64,000 nt of DNA, from positions 288,001-352,000 of the forward strand of contig CAWJTV010000031.1 in the NCBI GenBank assembly GCA_963845755.1. Direction: 5' to 3'. Every line of letters starts with the position of its first letter. Position 1 is the first letter of the stretch. The DNA is from an uncultured Planctomycetota bacterium. GTDB taxonomy: Bacteria; Planctomycetota; Planctomycetia; Isosphaerales; Isosphaeraceae. Both the position numbers and the translations under genes were made by a program. Positions 1-11,473 of the stretch are shown piece after piece. The notes under the pieces are model-generated. The model saw only the letters and a program-made list of their open reading frames with translations. It was not told where the DNA came from and did no database searches.

Positions 1-1
1 C

Positions 2-1207
2 CTCATTGCGTCCACGTCCCTCGGGGGCCGATTCGCGGGTGCCGGCAGCTCGGGCACCGAGTTCTTTCCGGGGCACGGAGGAATTGCCGGACTGGTCAAG
101 ACACTGGCCCGGGAGTGGCCCCTGGTCCGTTGCCGGGTGGTCGACCTCCCCGCGGGAGAAGGGACCGAGTCCGTCGCCGGCCGGCTGGCCGCCGAGGTCT
201 TCGCGGGGGACGGCTGGGCGGAAGTGGGTTATGACCATGCCCATCGCATCCGGTTGAGGACCGTCGAGAGCGTGCTGGGACGCGCGCACGCGGCCATCGA
301 GCTGAAACCGGGGGACCCCATCGTCATCACCGGCGGCGCTCGTGGGATCACGGCCCTGGTCGCGGCCGAGCTGGCACGAAGCTGGCGGCCGACGCTCCTG
401 ATCGTCGGCACCACTCCGCCGCCGGACGTATCCGAACCGGCGGATACGACGGGTCTCGAGAGTGAATCGGAGATCAAGGCGATGGTCCACAACCGCCTGC
501 GACGCGAAGGCCAGTCGTGCGGGCCGGCCGAGATCGAGTCGGCCTATCAGGACATTCGCCGCGCCCGGGAAGTTCGCGCGAACCTGACCATCCTGCGCAA
601 CTTGGGAGCGAAAGTGGAATATGCCCGCGCCGACGTTCGCGACCCCGGGGCGATGTCCGCAGTGATCGACGGCTGGCGGAACCGCCACGGAGAACCCGTC
701 GGCCTGATCCATGGGGCCGGGCTCATCAAGGACAAACTGATCCGAGAGAAGACGCTCGACTCCTTCGACCGCGTCCTGGGCACCAAGGTCGAGGGGGCGC
801 TCAACCTCCTCCGGCTGGTCCGCCCGGAGTCCCTGAAATTCACCGCGCTCTTCTCCTCGATCGCCGGGCGGTTCGGGAACGTCGGCCAGTCGGATTACGC
901 GGCGGCGAACGAGATCCTCAACAAGCTGGCCCTGTGGCTCGACCGGCGCTGGCCGGGCCGGGTGGTTTCGGTGATCTGGGGTCCGTGGTCGGGCGTAGGG
1001 ATGGTCTCGCAGCTCGAGAGCCATCTCGGCCGTCGCGGACTGGGGATGATCGCGCCCGAGGTCGGCCGAACCCTGCTGATCGACGAGCTCCGCCACGGCC
1101 GCAAGGGGGACGTCGAGGTCATCTACACCAGCGGCCTGGGGACGCTCGAGGCTCCGCTGACCGATTCGGCCATCCCGCCCGCCCGGGTGGTGGAGGCCGT
1201 ACGATGA
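2..1207 (+). CDS. Type I PKS (PfaA/HglE-like), C-terminal ketoreductase region; 5'-partial
   Basis: Frame open from base 2 (GLVKTLAREWP); Rossmann motif ITGGARGIT, HGAG, FSSIAG, catalytic YAAAN; ATGA overlap with the next gene. Confidence 0.9.
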   Translation, partial: LIASTSLGGRFAGAGSSGTEFFPGHGGIAGLVKTLAREWPLVRCRVVDLPAGEGTESVAGRLAAEVFAGDGWAEVGYDHAHRIRLRTVESVLGRAHAAIELKPGDPIVITGGARGITALVAAELARSWRPTLLIVGTTPPPDVSEPADTTGLESESEIKAMVHNRLRREGQSCGPAEIESAYQDIRRAREVRANLTILRNLGAKVEYARADVRDPGAMSAVIDGWRNRHGEPVGLIHGAGLIKDKLIREKTLDSFDRVLGTKVEGALNLLRLVRPESLKFTALFSSIAGRFGNVGQSDYAAANEILNKLALWLDRRWPGRVVSVIWGPWSGVGMVSQLESHLGRRGLGMIAPEVGRTLLIDELRHGRKGDVEVIYTSGLGTLEAPLTDSAIPPARVVEAVR

Positions 1208-4200
1208 GGCGGGGCCGGCCGCTCGAAATCGCGATCGTCGGCATGGGCTGCCGGTTTCCCGGCGCGCCGGATCTTTGCGCGTACTGGGAGAACATCCTCG
1301 CCGCCAAGGACTGTACGCGCGATGTGCCGCCGGACCGCTGGGATTCTCGAACGTTCGTGGATTCGTCCTCCCGGGCCAACGATCGCCTCCCTTGCGGACG
1401 TGGCGGCTATCTGGACTCACCCATCGAGCTGGACGTCGCCGAGCACGGGATCATGCCCCGCACCGTCGCCGGTGGCGAGCCCGAACAGTTCCTGGTGCTC
1501 GATGCCGCCATGGCCGCACTCGACGATGCCGGACTGACGCCCGCCGCGGTCAAAGGACGCCGTGTCGAGGTCGTCATCGGCCGGGGGAATTACTTCAATC
1601 GTGGCAACCTGACGCGACTCCAGCACGGGCGGATGACCGCCCAGACCCTGGCGATCCTGTCGTCCTTGCATCCCGAGTGGTCCGATGCCGATCGGGAGGC
1701 CATTCGTGCCGAGTTGAAAAGCACCCTGCCGCCGTTCGAAGCGGCTACGATCGCGGGCCAGTTGACCAACGCGACGGCCGGGCGCCTTGCCCATCGCCTC
1801 GACCTGGACGGGGCGGCCTACATGGTCGATGCGGCGAGCGCCTCGTCGCTGGTCGCGCTCGACCTGGCGGCGCGCGCCCTCAATGAACGGCGTGCCGACC
1901 TGGCGATCGTGGGCGGAGTCTATATCGAGGCGGACATTGATTTTCCCCTGGTCTTCCGCCAGTTAGGCGGGATGTCGCCGTCGGGAGCCGTCCGCCCGTT
2001 CTCGGCCGACGCCGACGGCATGCTCTCGAGTGAAGGCGCCGGCGTGCTCATCCTCGAGCGTCGTGAAGACGCTGAACGCCAGGGTGGTCGGATCTACGCG
2101 GTCTTGCAAGGACTGGGCCTGGCGAGCGATGGCCGGGGCAGGGGGCTGACCGTGCCGAGTGCCCGCGGACATGCCCGTGCCATGCGACGAGCCTATCGCC
2201 GTTCGGGCATCGATCCGGCGACGGTGAGGCTGGTGGAGGGACACGGTCTGGGGGTCCCGGCCGCCGATCGTGCCGAACTGCGAGCACTTAACGCCGTGTT
2301 TCCGCCGCTGGCTCATGGCCGGCGAGCCCTCGGCGCCGTCTCGTCCATGATCGGGCACGCCATGCCGGCGGCGGGAATGGCCGGCTTGATCAAGACCGCG
2401 CTGGCGTTGTACCACCGCGTGATGCCACCGACTCTGCACTCCGAGAAGCCTCACCCGCTTCTGGATCCTTCGAAAAGCGCCTTCGCTCTCAATCCCACGG
2501 CGCGGCCATGGGTCCACGCCGACCCGGACACCCCGCGGCGGGCGGGAGTCAACGCCTTCGGATTCGCCGGGATCAATGCCCACGCCCTGCTCGAGGAGCA
2601 CCCCGCCTCCTCCGACAGTCTCGCACCGGGCGGCTTTCGCCGCTGGGAGACCGAGGCCATCCTGCTGTCGGCCCCGGACCGCGCGGGACTCATCGATCGG
2701 GCCCGCGCCCTGATCTCCTGGCTCGACCGACATCCGGACGAGTCATTGAAGGACGTGGCAGCGACACTGAACTGTGACGAGCATCCGCCCGGGTTCGCCC
2801 GCCTGGGTCTGGTGGCCGCCTCACTGGCCGATCTCTCGACGCGGCTGGCCGCGGCGCTAGCCCCGCTGGACGATCCCTCATGCCGGACGATTCGAGACGC
2901 TCGCGGCGCGTATCACTGGGACGACCCCGCGTTTCGCCCCGGCTCGGCCGGCCTGGCGTTCCTTTTCCCGGGAGAAGGTTCCCAGTATCCCGGCATGCTC
3001 GCCGACCTCTGCTTCCACTTTCCCGAGGTCTCGCGCCGCTTCGATATCTCGGACCGCATCGCACTCGAGCTGGGCGAGCGCGTTCCGGCCAGCGAGCATT
3101 TGTTCGGTCCGCAATCGGATCAGAACGGCCTCTGGTTGACCGCGACGGCGGTGAACGTCGTGCTCAGCTCGCAATGGGCCATGTACCAGATGTTGATCCG
3201 ACTGGGCCTCGAGCCCGACGCCGTGATCGGCCACAGCAGCGGGGAGCTGTTGGCCATGGCGGCGGCGGGCGTCCTCCAGACCGACCGCGACCTCGAGAGG
3301 CAGCTCGCCGGACTCGGCTCGATCTTCCGGGAGTTCGAATCCTCCGGGAATATCCCCGTGGCACGGTTGGTCGCGGTGGGAGGAGCCAGGGATCGTGTCG
3401 AAGCGGCTTGCCGCGGCGCCGGCACCAGCGGTGTCCTGGTCGCGATCGATAATTGCCCGCACCAGGTGGTCCTGGCCGGGCCGCCGGCCGAGGTTGAGCG
3501 GGTCGTACAACGTCTGCGCGATCAGAACATCCTGCTGGAAGATCTCCCATTCGACCGGGCCTACCACACGCCGAGCTTCGAAGCCGTAATGGGCCCCGTC
3601 GCCGAGTTCTTCGGCCAGTTGACCATGCGCCCCGCCCGCTTGCCTGTCTATTCATGCGCCTCGCGGGGGCGAATGCCGGTCGAGGTCGAGGCGATGCGCG
3701 AGCTCGCCATCTCGCAATGGACTGCGCACGGTCGCCTTTCGCGAGACGATCGAGGCCATGTACGCCGACGGCCTGCGGGTGTTCGTCAACGTCGGTGCCC
3801 GCGGCAATCTCGCCGGTTACGTCAACGACATCCTGCGCGGCAAGCCGATCTTCGCCACGGCGGCAAACCTGCCACGCCGGAGCGGCCTGACACAACTGAA
3901 TCACCTCGTGGCCGCACTCTTCGCCCAGGGGATCCCGATGCGGCCGGCCGTCCTCTACGCGCGCCGACGTCCGCAACGCATCGACTGGAATGCGCCGGAG
4001 AAGCCTCATCGAACGACCGTCAGCCTCGAGCTGGGTTTCCCCGAGATGCGGTTGACCGATGCCCTGATCGACCGGCTGCGATCGCGGAGCACGCTCGGCT
4101 CCAGAGCCGAGCCAGCATCGTTCCCGACCACCACGCCGGATCCTCAAGCTAGCCCGCGTCACCGGGATCGGGGACTGGAGGGCGAAGACCCCGAGGAGCG

Positions 4201-6291
4201 TCGCGAGCCCAAACGAAACGGCTTCGTGCGTCACGAACCCGCGCTCGAGTCCACGGACGAAGCGATCCCGTCGTTATTCCACTCGAGGATAGCGTCAGAA
4301 CCCACCCTCCAGCCATGGACCTCCCGGATCGCTGGGAGCCGCCGGTGGCGGTGTCGGAAGTCGACGGCGCCATGCTCGCTTTTCAGGAGACGATGCGAGC
4401 GTTCCTGGAGATGCAGCGGGATGTGCTCGCGGCCCATCTGGATACCTCGGCGGCCGATGCCAATGACCAGGGCGGTCTTGAGCTCGGCCTCGGCACTATC
4501 CAGGATCCGAAGGACCTCGATCCCGGACCCTGGGTCGGCGAGGTGAGGCGGCTGATCCTCGGATCGGAGATTGAGGCCGTCTGCTTCCTCGACAGCCCTG
4601 GCGACCCAATCGCCCAGAATCACACGCTAGGCGGCCGCCGGGTCTCGGCTCTCGACCCGAACTTGAAAGGGTTGGCGGTCCTGCCATTCGCAGTGATGGC
4701 CGAGATGACCGCGCAAACCGCCGCGCTCGTCGTGTCGCCGGGCCTGGTCCTGACGAGGCTCGAGCAAGTGCGGGCGCACAAGTGGGTGCGGTACGAATCG
4801 GCCCCCGTCTGCCTTGAGCTCCGCGGTCATCGCGTCGAGTCCGAGGTTGATGAACGGATCAAGGTCGGCATCTTCAACCGCGGTACGGACGGCCGGGCCG
4901 AGTCCGCGCGGCCCGTGTTTGAGGCCGTCGCTGTTTTCGACGCGGCGTGCCCGGCGCCACCGCGAGCCGCGTTGTGGGCGCCGGAGAACACGCGTACCAG
5001 CCGGTTCACGGCCGAGTCCCTCTACGGCGAGCAGTGGCTGTTCCACGGCCCTGCGTTCCAGGCGCTGGTCCGTGTGGGCCGGCTTTCAGTCGAAGGGATC
5101 GATGGCGAGTTGCGTGTGCTGCCGTGGGAGCCTTTGCTCAGACCGGGCCAGCTTCCGCGGCTGCATACGGACCCCATCGTCATCGACAGTTTCACGCACC
5201 TGCTCGGCTGCTGGGGCCTCGACGAGCTGAGCGAGGGGGGCGACGTCGTATTCCCGCTCGGCATGGGACAACTCGAAATCTACGGAGATCGGCCGCCAGT
5301 CGGCACGGACGTGGCCTGCCGGATCGCCATCCGCGAGGTGCAACGGCACCTCGTCCGCGTGGACGCCGAGATTGTCCGTCCCGACGGCACGATCTGGATG
5401 CGGATCCGCGACTGGGAGGATTGGCGATTCCACTGGCCGGGCCGCTATCGTGACGTCTTCCGCCAACCGCAACAGATCTTCCTCGGCGAAGAACTGCCCC
5501 TGAGCGATCGCGGCTCCGGACCGATCCCCGGCGCCATCGCCGTGTGGTTGGAGCCTCCCGCCGACATGGGACGCCCCGTCTGGCGCGATGTCTTGGAGGA
5601 GACCCAGCTCGGCCCGGCCGAACGCGACGAGTACCTGGCACGCGGAGGCTCCGATCGCCTGCGGTCACACCGGCTGTGGGGCCGGATCGCCGCGAAGGAG
5701 GCCGCGCGACGAATCTGGCAGTCCGAGGGGCGGCCGCCGATGTATCCCGCGGACCTGGCGGTCGTCGATGATGAACGGGGCCGGGCCCGACTGACGCGCG
5801 TCGATCGGCCCGACGATTCCGCGATACCGGCCATCTCGATAGCCCACGCCGAAGGAGTCTCCGTCGCGATCGCCGTTCGCACTCCGGGAACCCAGGTCGG
5901 CATCGATGTCGTGACCATCGCCGACCGGCCCGAGGACTTCGAGTCCACCGCCTTCACGCCGGGAGAACGCGCCCTGCTGGATCAACGTCCGCCCCGAACC
6001 CGCGCCGAGTGGGTCGCGCGATTCTGTTGCGCCAGGCAAGCGGCTGTCAAGTCGATGTGCTTCGGCCAATCCGCGAGTCCCGCGACCGCGGTAATTGTGG
6101 ATCTCGACGAGAGCTCCGGAGTCTTGCTCGCCCGCGTCGATTCGTCCGGCGAAGACAATCGGATCTTGCGAAATCAAGTTGGAGACGACCGGTCGCCGAA
6201 CGATCAACTGGCGAATCCCCTGCGCGTCGTCACGGCCCGGCGGGACGATTACGCTTGGGCATGGACCCTGGGTGGAGGAACGGAACCGTGA
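1204..6291 (+). CDS. Type I PKS KS*-AT-DH-PPTase-like protein; apparent frameshifts near 3725 and 4310
   Basis: IAIVGMGCRFPGA KS start, DAASASS, EGHG, MIGH, NAFGFAGINAH; AT GEGSQYPGM, GHSSG, AYH; DH HTLGG..LP and FHGPAFQ; PPTase-like GRIAAKEA, ISIAH, GID. Joined from ORFs 517-4152, 3758-4546 and 4315-6291. Confidence 0.85.
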
Positions 6292-6567
6292 CAATTGCCC
6301 CCTCGAGAACCGACGTTTTGCGCGACATTGCCGCGATCCTCGCGAACAGCCTGGGGGTCCCGCCCTCGACGGCGATCGACGAGGACACCCGTTTCTTCGC
6401 CGACCTCGGTCTGGCGTCGATCGACGCGGTCGTGCTCAGCGAGGCGATCCAGTCCCATTATGGGCGGACCCTTCCCTTCAATGAGTTGATGGCGGAGATC
6501 GGTTGAACGCGCCGAACGCGACCTGACCATCGAGGAGCTCGTCACCTTCCTCACCAAGAATCTCTAG
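6288..6567 (+). CDS. Stand-alone acyl carrier protein; frameshift near 6503
   Basis: GTG start overlapping the PKS stop; DLGLASIDAV phosphopantetheine-site region; shifted frame continues ERDLTIEELVTFLTKNL*. Confidence 0.85.
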
Positions 6568-6674
6568 GAAACTGGGTTCTTCAAGGCCAGGGAGGGATGC
6601 CGGCTCGGATTGAGCCGGGCCCTTCCGGTTATCGATCCTGTCGTGGCCAACAAGCTCGACGCGCCGGGGACCTC

Positions 6675-7535
6675 ATGATGCCCAAGATCCACGCGAACGG
6701 ACTGAACTTCCATTACCAGCAGGCAGGGACCGGTCCCGACGTGCTGTTGATCCACGGCGTCACCGGGGACATGTCGATCTGGTTCCTCTGCGAGGCGATG
6801 GGTACGCTCGCCCGCTCGTTCCGAGTGACGGGCTACGACCTCCGTGGCCACGGGTACAGCGAGGTGCCGTCGTCCGGATACACGTCGGCCGAGCAGGCGG
6901 GCGACACCCTGGCGATCATGGACGCGCTGGGGATCGAGCGGGCCATGCTGGTCGGCCATAGCTTCGGCGGTGTGATCGCGATGCATGCGGCCGTCCTCGA
7001 TCCGGACCGGATCGAAGCCGTGGTGCTCTCCGACCCGTGCTTCCCGGCGTTGCGGCATCTCGAAGATCTGAGTCGCTGGGGCCACTGGCAGAACTTCCGG
7101 GAGGAGGCCGCCGCGGCGGGCGTGACGCTCTCGGATGAATACTGGTACGACCTCGGCAAGTTCTTCGACCAGGTCCTCCACCTCGACGGCGAGCGGTTGC
7201 TCCGGTTCCGCCAGGCCGTCGGCCTGCCGGGTTTCAATCGCCTCCTGCGCCTGGCCGAGACCACCTGCGGCAATGATGCCAAGGTCCCCGCCGGATTGAC
7301 CGAAGACCTCATCCGCGGCGTGACCCAACCGGTCCTCGCCCTCTTCGGGGAGCACTCGCCGTTCCTGGCAACCGCGGACTATCTCGACGAGAACCTGCCG
7401 CACTGTGTCAACGTCCGTGTGCCGGGTGCCAAGCACCGAGCACCCGAGGAGAACTCCGGGCAGTTCGTCGAGCAAGTATACGAGTTCCTGACGACGGTCC
7501 GGCCGTCGGCCGAGATGGTGAGGCCGTCACGATGA
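6675..7535 (+). CDS. Alpha/beta hydrolase (possible thioesterase)
   Basis: LLIHG, YDLRGHG, nucleophile elbow GHSFG, C-terminal His in GAKH. Confidence 0.9.
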   Translation: MMPKIHANGLNFHYQQAGTGPDVLLIHGVTGDMSIWFLCEAMGTLARSFRVTGYDLRGHGYSEVPSSGYTSAEQAGDTLAIMDALGIERAMLVGHSFGGVIAMHAAVLDPDRIEAVVLSDPCFPALRHLEDLSRWGHWQNFREEAAAAGVTLSDEYWYDLGKFFDQVLHLDGERLLRFRQAVGLPGFNRLLRLAETTCGNDAKVPAGLTEDLIRGVTQPVLALFGEHSPFLATADYLDENLPHCVNVRVPGAKHRAPEENSGQFVEQVYEFLTTVRPSAEMVRPSR

Positions 7536-8315
7536 ACGCCAAACCGACGGTTCTCCTCACCGGGGCCGCTCACGGGATCGGCCGTGCGACCGCGTTTGCC
7601 CTGGCGCAGGAGGGGGCTGCCCCTCGGCCTCATCGACTGGGACGGAGTTGCCTTGGCCGTCGTCACCGAGGAACTGGAAACGCAGGGGGCGACCGTCTCC
7701 TCGGCCGTGGCGGACGTGACCGATCGCGAGGCCCTCCATCGAGCGGTCGCCTCCATCGCGGAACGGATCGGTCCGATCGAGGTCCTGCTCGCCTGCGCAG
7801 GGATCGGCACCCTCACCCTGGTCCCTGATCTCGACACGTCCATGCTCCGCCGTACGCTCGAGGTGAACCTCGTGGGCGTGGCCCATTCCATCGAGGCCGT
7901 CTTGCCCGGGATGATCGCGGCGAAACGCGGTCATCTCATCGGTGTGGCGAGCGTGGCGGGCTATCGCGGTTTCCCCTGGATGATCTCCTACTCCGCGTCC
8001 AAGGCTGCCTTGATCACCTACCTCGAGGCGCTGCGGCCCGGACTCAGCCGTCGCGGCGTCACCGTGACCACGGTCTGCCCGGGATTCGTCCGGACCCAAT
8101 TGAGCACGTCGGTCCCCTATCAACGACCGGTCAAGATGATCGAACCCGAGGAGGCGGCCCGACATCTGGTCCGCGCGGTCGAGCGTCGCCCGCGAAACTG
8201 CGTTTTCCCCTGGGACATGCGGATCAGCCTGGCTATCCTGAAGTACCTGCCCGATCCGCTCTTTGACGGCTTGATGCGCTGGGTCGGACCACGGGCCCTC
8301 CACGTCGAATTCTAA
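7532..8315 (+). CDS. Short-chain dehydrogenase/reductase; frameshift near 7610
   Basis: TGAAHGIG in ORF 7532; YSASK and VCPGFV in ORF 7584. Confidence 0.88.
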
Positions 8316-8331
8316 AAGGGGGACGGTCGTC

Positions 8332-9201
8332 ATGACGATGAGACTGCCACCCCGCGATTCGACGGCGCCCCCGGCATCGATCCCGGAGCTGGCACACTGC
8401 CTCGATTGCGGCGCACGGATCGAGGGCGAAGCGAGTTGCCCCGGTTGTGGGCGCACTTATCCCTTTCGAGACGGGATCCTCGAATCGATCGGGCCCCTGA
8501 CGGGCCGCAATCGCATCGTGGCGGCGTTCTACGACGGCCCGGGCTGGCGACGCTTCCACGCCTGGGAACACGCCTTCCTGCTCCTTCAAGGTGGGGCACG
8601 CAAGGCTCGCATGGAGATCCTCCGCCACATCCTGGCCGGCGCCTCCGTACGTCCCGGCGCGACGGTCCTCGAGGTCGGGATCGGCGACGGGGCGAACCTG
8701 GCCTTCGTGCCGCCGGGATGGACCGTCTACGGGGTTGACATCGCGCGCCGCCAGCTTGCCGCGACCCTGGACAACCATCCGGCGATGGCCGGGCGCCTCG
8801 CCTGGGCCGAGGCCGAGGACCTGCCCTTCGACGACGCGACGTTCGACGCGTGTTGGTCGATCGGCGGCTTCACCTATTATCGCGATCATGAGGCGGCCCT
8901 GCGCGAGATGCGACGGGTGACCCGGCCCGGCGACCCGGTCGTCGTCGCCGATGAGATCCCCGGCCTCCACCGCGCCGGACTGGGCCATCTCCTGGGTGTC
9001 CCCTCATTCGACGCCTGGTGGCTGCGGTTGTTAGGACTCGACCGCGATTTCGTGGACATGATCCTGAAACTTGACGTCAACCTCCGGGAGCTTACGGGCG
9101 CGTCTGGCCCGACGCCGCTCGACACCCAATCTGGCACGGGTTGGGCTACTGTCTCGTCAACAGGTCGCTTTCCTAGCACGATCCTCGGCCGCGATCTGTA
9201 G
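8332..9201 (+). CDS. Class I SAM methyltransferase with N-terminal Cys4 (Trm112-like) module; C-terminus possibly frameshifted
   Basis: CLDC..CPGC, VLEVGIGDG, AEDLPFDDATFD, EMRRVTRPG. Confidence 0.88.
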   Translation: MTMRLPPRDSTAPPASIPELAHCLDCGARIEGEASCPGCGRTYPFRDGILESIGPLTGRNRIVAAFYDGPGWRRFHAWEHAFLLLQGGARKARMEILRHILAGASVRPGATVLEVGIGDGANLAFVPPGWTVYGVDIARRQLAATLDNHPAMAGRLAWAEAEDLPFDDATFDACWSIGGFTYYRDHEAALREMRRVTRPGDPVVVADEIPGLHRAGLGHLLGVPSFDAWWLRLLGLDRDFVDMILKLDVNLRELTGASGPTPLDTQSGTGWATVSSTGRFPSTILGRDL

Positions 9202-9202
9202 A

Positions 9203-9296
9203 GAGATTCGAGATTCCGAATTCAAGATTCAAGATCCAAAAATCTAAAATTTTCTTAAATTTGGAATCTCGAATCTCGAATCCGGAATCTTGAATT
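9203..9296. repeat. Inverted arrays of 7-mer repeats (GAGATTC-type facing GAATCTC-type)
   Basis: GAGATTC GAGATTC CGAATTC AAGATTC ... GAATCTC GAATCTC GAATCCG GAATCTT, intergenic. Confidence 0.85.
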
Positions 9297-9349
9297 GACT
9301 GTGACAAGAACCGACTCCGGAAACACATGAGTCGAACCAGCGGAGGTCA

Positions 9350-10235
9350 GTGATGTCGATCACGAGCCCGGCGCAAGGCGAGACGTTCGATCGAGACGTG
9401 AATGGAGACGTCTGGCGGAATGCGGAGTCGCGGGATGTCTGGCGATGCCCGACGTGCCGGGGCCCGCTCAAGTACGAGTCGTCGAACTCCAGCTCTGACT
9501 TGTTCGGAATGCAGTGCACGGCTGCCGATCGACGGCGGGATCCTGATTGCCAGGGAGCAGACCACGAGCAATAACCACGTCGCGCAGGAGTTCTACGACA
9601 GCCCCCTCTGGCCCAAGTTTCGGTTCTGGGAGAAGTTCACGTGGTTCTGCAATGGGGGCGAGCGACGGGCCCGCAACCAGGTGCTTCGCCACCTGCCCCA
9701 GGTCCCGGAATTGGACCTGATCGACGTGGCGATCGGCGACGGGGTCTATCTCGACTGGCTGCCCGCGGACTGGAGGATCGCGGGGGTGGACATCTCGCGG
9801 TCGCAGCTCGACGTCTGTCGCACACGCGCGGCGGGACGCAGGCTCTGGCTGGCCCAGTGCGAGGCCGAGGCCCTGCCGCTGGCCGATCGTCGGTTCGACG
9901 CCGTCCTCAGCATCGGCGCGTTCAACTACTTCAACGATCCCGAGGGGGCCTTGCGCGAGATGGTGCGCGTGGCCCGTCCCGGTGCACCGATCGTGATCTC
10001 GGATGAGATGCCCAACCTGACCGATCGGATGCTCGGCCACAAGCTGGGCATCCCCGGGCTCGACCGCTGGATCGTCTCGCGACTGATGCACCTCGGCGAT
10101 TCCTTCACCGAGATGGTCGAGCAGTACCGGGACCTCGATATCCTGTCGATCGCGCGGCGCGTACTGCCCGATCCCCAGTTTATCCCGGTCTGGCGCGGCG
10201 TCGGTTATGTCCTCGTCGGACGTGCCCCGGCGTAA
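9350..10235 (+). CDS. Second class I SAM methyltransferase with Trm112-like module; frameshift near 9495
   Basis: CPTC (ORF 9350) plus CSEC (ORF 9402); DVAIGDG, AEALPLADRRFD, EMVRVARPG; paralog of 8332-9201. Confidence 0.87.
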
Positions 10236-10348
10236 CGCCGAAGCGACGTTTCGTACGCTTGCGTCGCTGGGGCGCTTCGGCGACATTGGGAGGGGACCCA
10301 TCGAGCCCGCCTGCTTCGCGATGGGACCTGCTATGCGGGGATCGATTC

Positions 10349-11473
10349 GTGCGATTCGTCTTCCTGATCATCAAGAACATCCTGAACCGACCCGTTCGGA
10401 CGGGCCTCACGACGCTGGGCCTCTCGATCGCCATGGCGGCCGTGATCATTCTGGTCGGGATCTCCTGGAACTTTCGGCGCTCGTTCCTGGCGATTTACCA
10501 GTCCAAGAAGATCGACCTGATCGTCGTCCACGCGGGGAGCAGCAACCAGCTTTCCAGCAGCCTGGACGTCCATCTCGCCGAGAAGCTGAAGCAGATCGAC
10601 GGCGTGGCCGACGTCGCCCCCTCCTTGATGGACACCGTGGCGTTCGAGGAGCAGAACCTGGCGAGCGTGCTGGTCAACGGCTGGGAGCCGGACAGCCTGC
10701 TGTTCCGGGGCATCCGCATCCTCGATGGCCGGCCGCTCCGGGCGGGTGACCGGCAGGCGGCCCTGATTGGACGCGTCCTGGGGATGAACCTGGGCAAGAA
10801 GGTCGGCGAGAAACTCAGCGTGTCGGGTGAGACGTTCGAGATCGTGGGAAGCTTCGAGAGCGACAGCCTGTTCGAGAACGGTGCGGTGATCATCCCGCTG
10901 GAGACTCTCCAGAAGATGATGGGCCGCGAGGGGCAGGTCACCGGGTTCGTGATCACCGCCAGGTCGTCGGACCGTGCGTCGGTCGATTCGCTCAGGAAGC
11001 GCATCGAGGCGGCGATCTCCGGCGTCGCGGCGTCCCCCGCCCGCGACTATGTCGCCGCCGACACCCAGATCCGGCTGGCCAGCGCGATGTCGTGGACGAC
11101 GGGCGCGGTCGCCTTGATCCTCGGGGCCGTCGGGATGCTCAACACGATGCTCATGTCCGTCTTCGAACGCACGCGAGAGATCGGCATCTTGCGGGCCGTC
11201 GGTTGGCGTCGGCGTCGCGTGCTGGCCCTCGTGCTTGGCGAGGCCCTGCTCATCGCCCTGGCGGGGACGGCCGTCGGCTCCGTGCTGGCCGTCGTCGGAC
11301 TGCGTGTCCTGACTCTCTACCCCACGGCGCGGGGCTTCATCGAACCGACCGTGCCCCCCGAAGTGCTCGGCGTCGCCCTGCTCATGGGCGTCGGGCTTAG
11401 TCTGCTCGGCGGCCTTTATCCGGCGGCTCGTGCGGCCGCGCTCGACCCGACCGAGGCCCTCCGCTATGAATGA
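10349..11473 (+). CDS. ABC exporter permease (MacB/FtsX/LolE family)
   Basis: KNILNRPVRT N-terminus, SVFERTREIGILRAVGW, C-terminal PAARAAALDPTEALRYE. Confidence 0.93.
   Translation: MRFVFLIIKNILNRPVRTGLTTLGLSIAMAAVIILVGISWNFRRSFLAIYQSKKIDLIVVHAGSSNQLSSSLDVHLAEKLKQIDGVADVAPSLMDTVAFEEQNLASVLVNGWEPDSLLFRGIRILDGRPLRAGDRQAALIGRVLGMNLGKKVGEKLSVSGETFEIVGSFESDSLFENGAVIIPLETLQKMMGREGQVTGFVITARSSDRASVDSLRKRIEAAISGVAASPARDYVAADTQIRLASAMSWTTGAVALILGAVGMLNTMLMSVFERTREIGILRAVGWRRRRVLALVLGEALLIALAGTAVGSVLAVVGLRVLTLYPTARGFIEPTVPPEVLGVALLMGVGLSLLGGLYPAARAAALDPTEALRYE

Noticed and set aside
517..1203. Long N-terminal extension of the second PKS
   Set aside because: Overlaps the KR gene out of frame; the ATG at 1204 with ATGA coupling is the plausible start
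3700..4330. Programmed frameshifting or three separate PKS genes
   Set aside because: The first break falls inside the AT domain, no slippery heptamer is evident, and indels are widespread across the window
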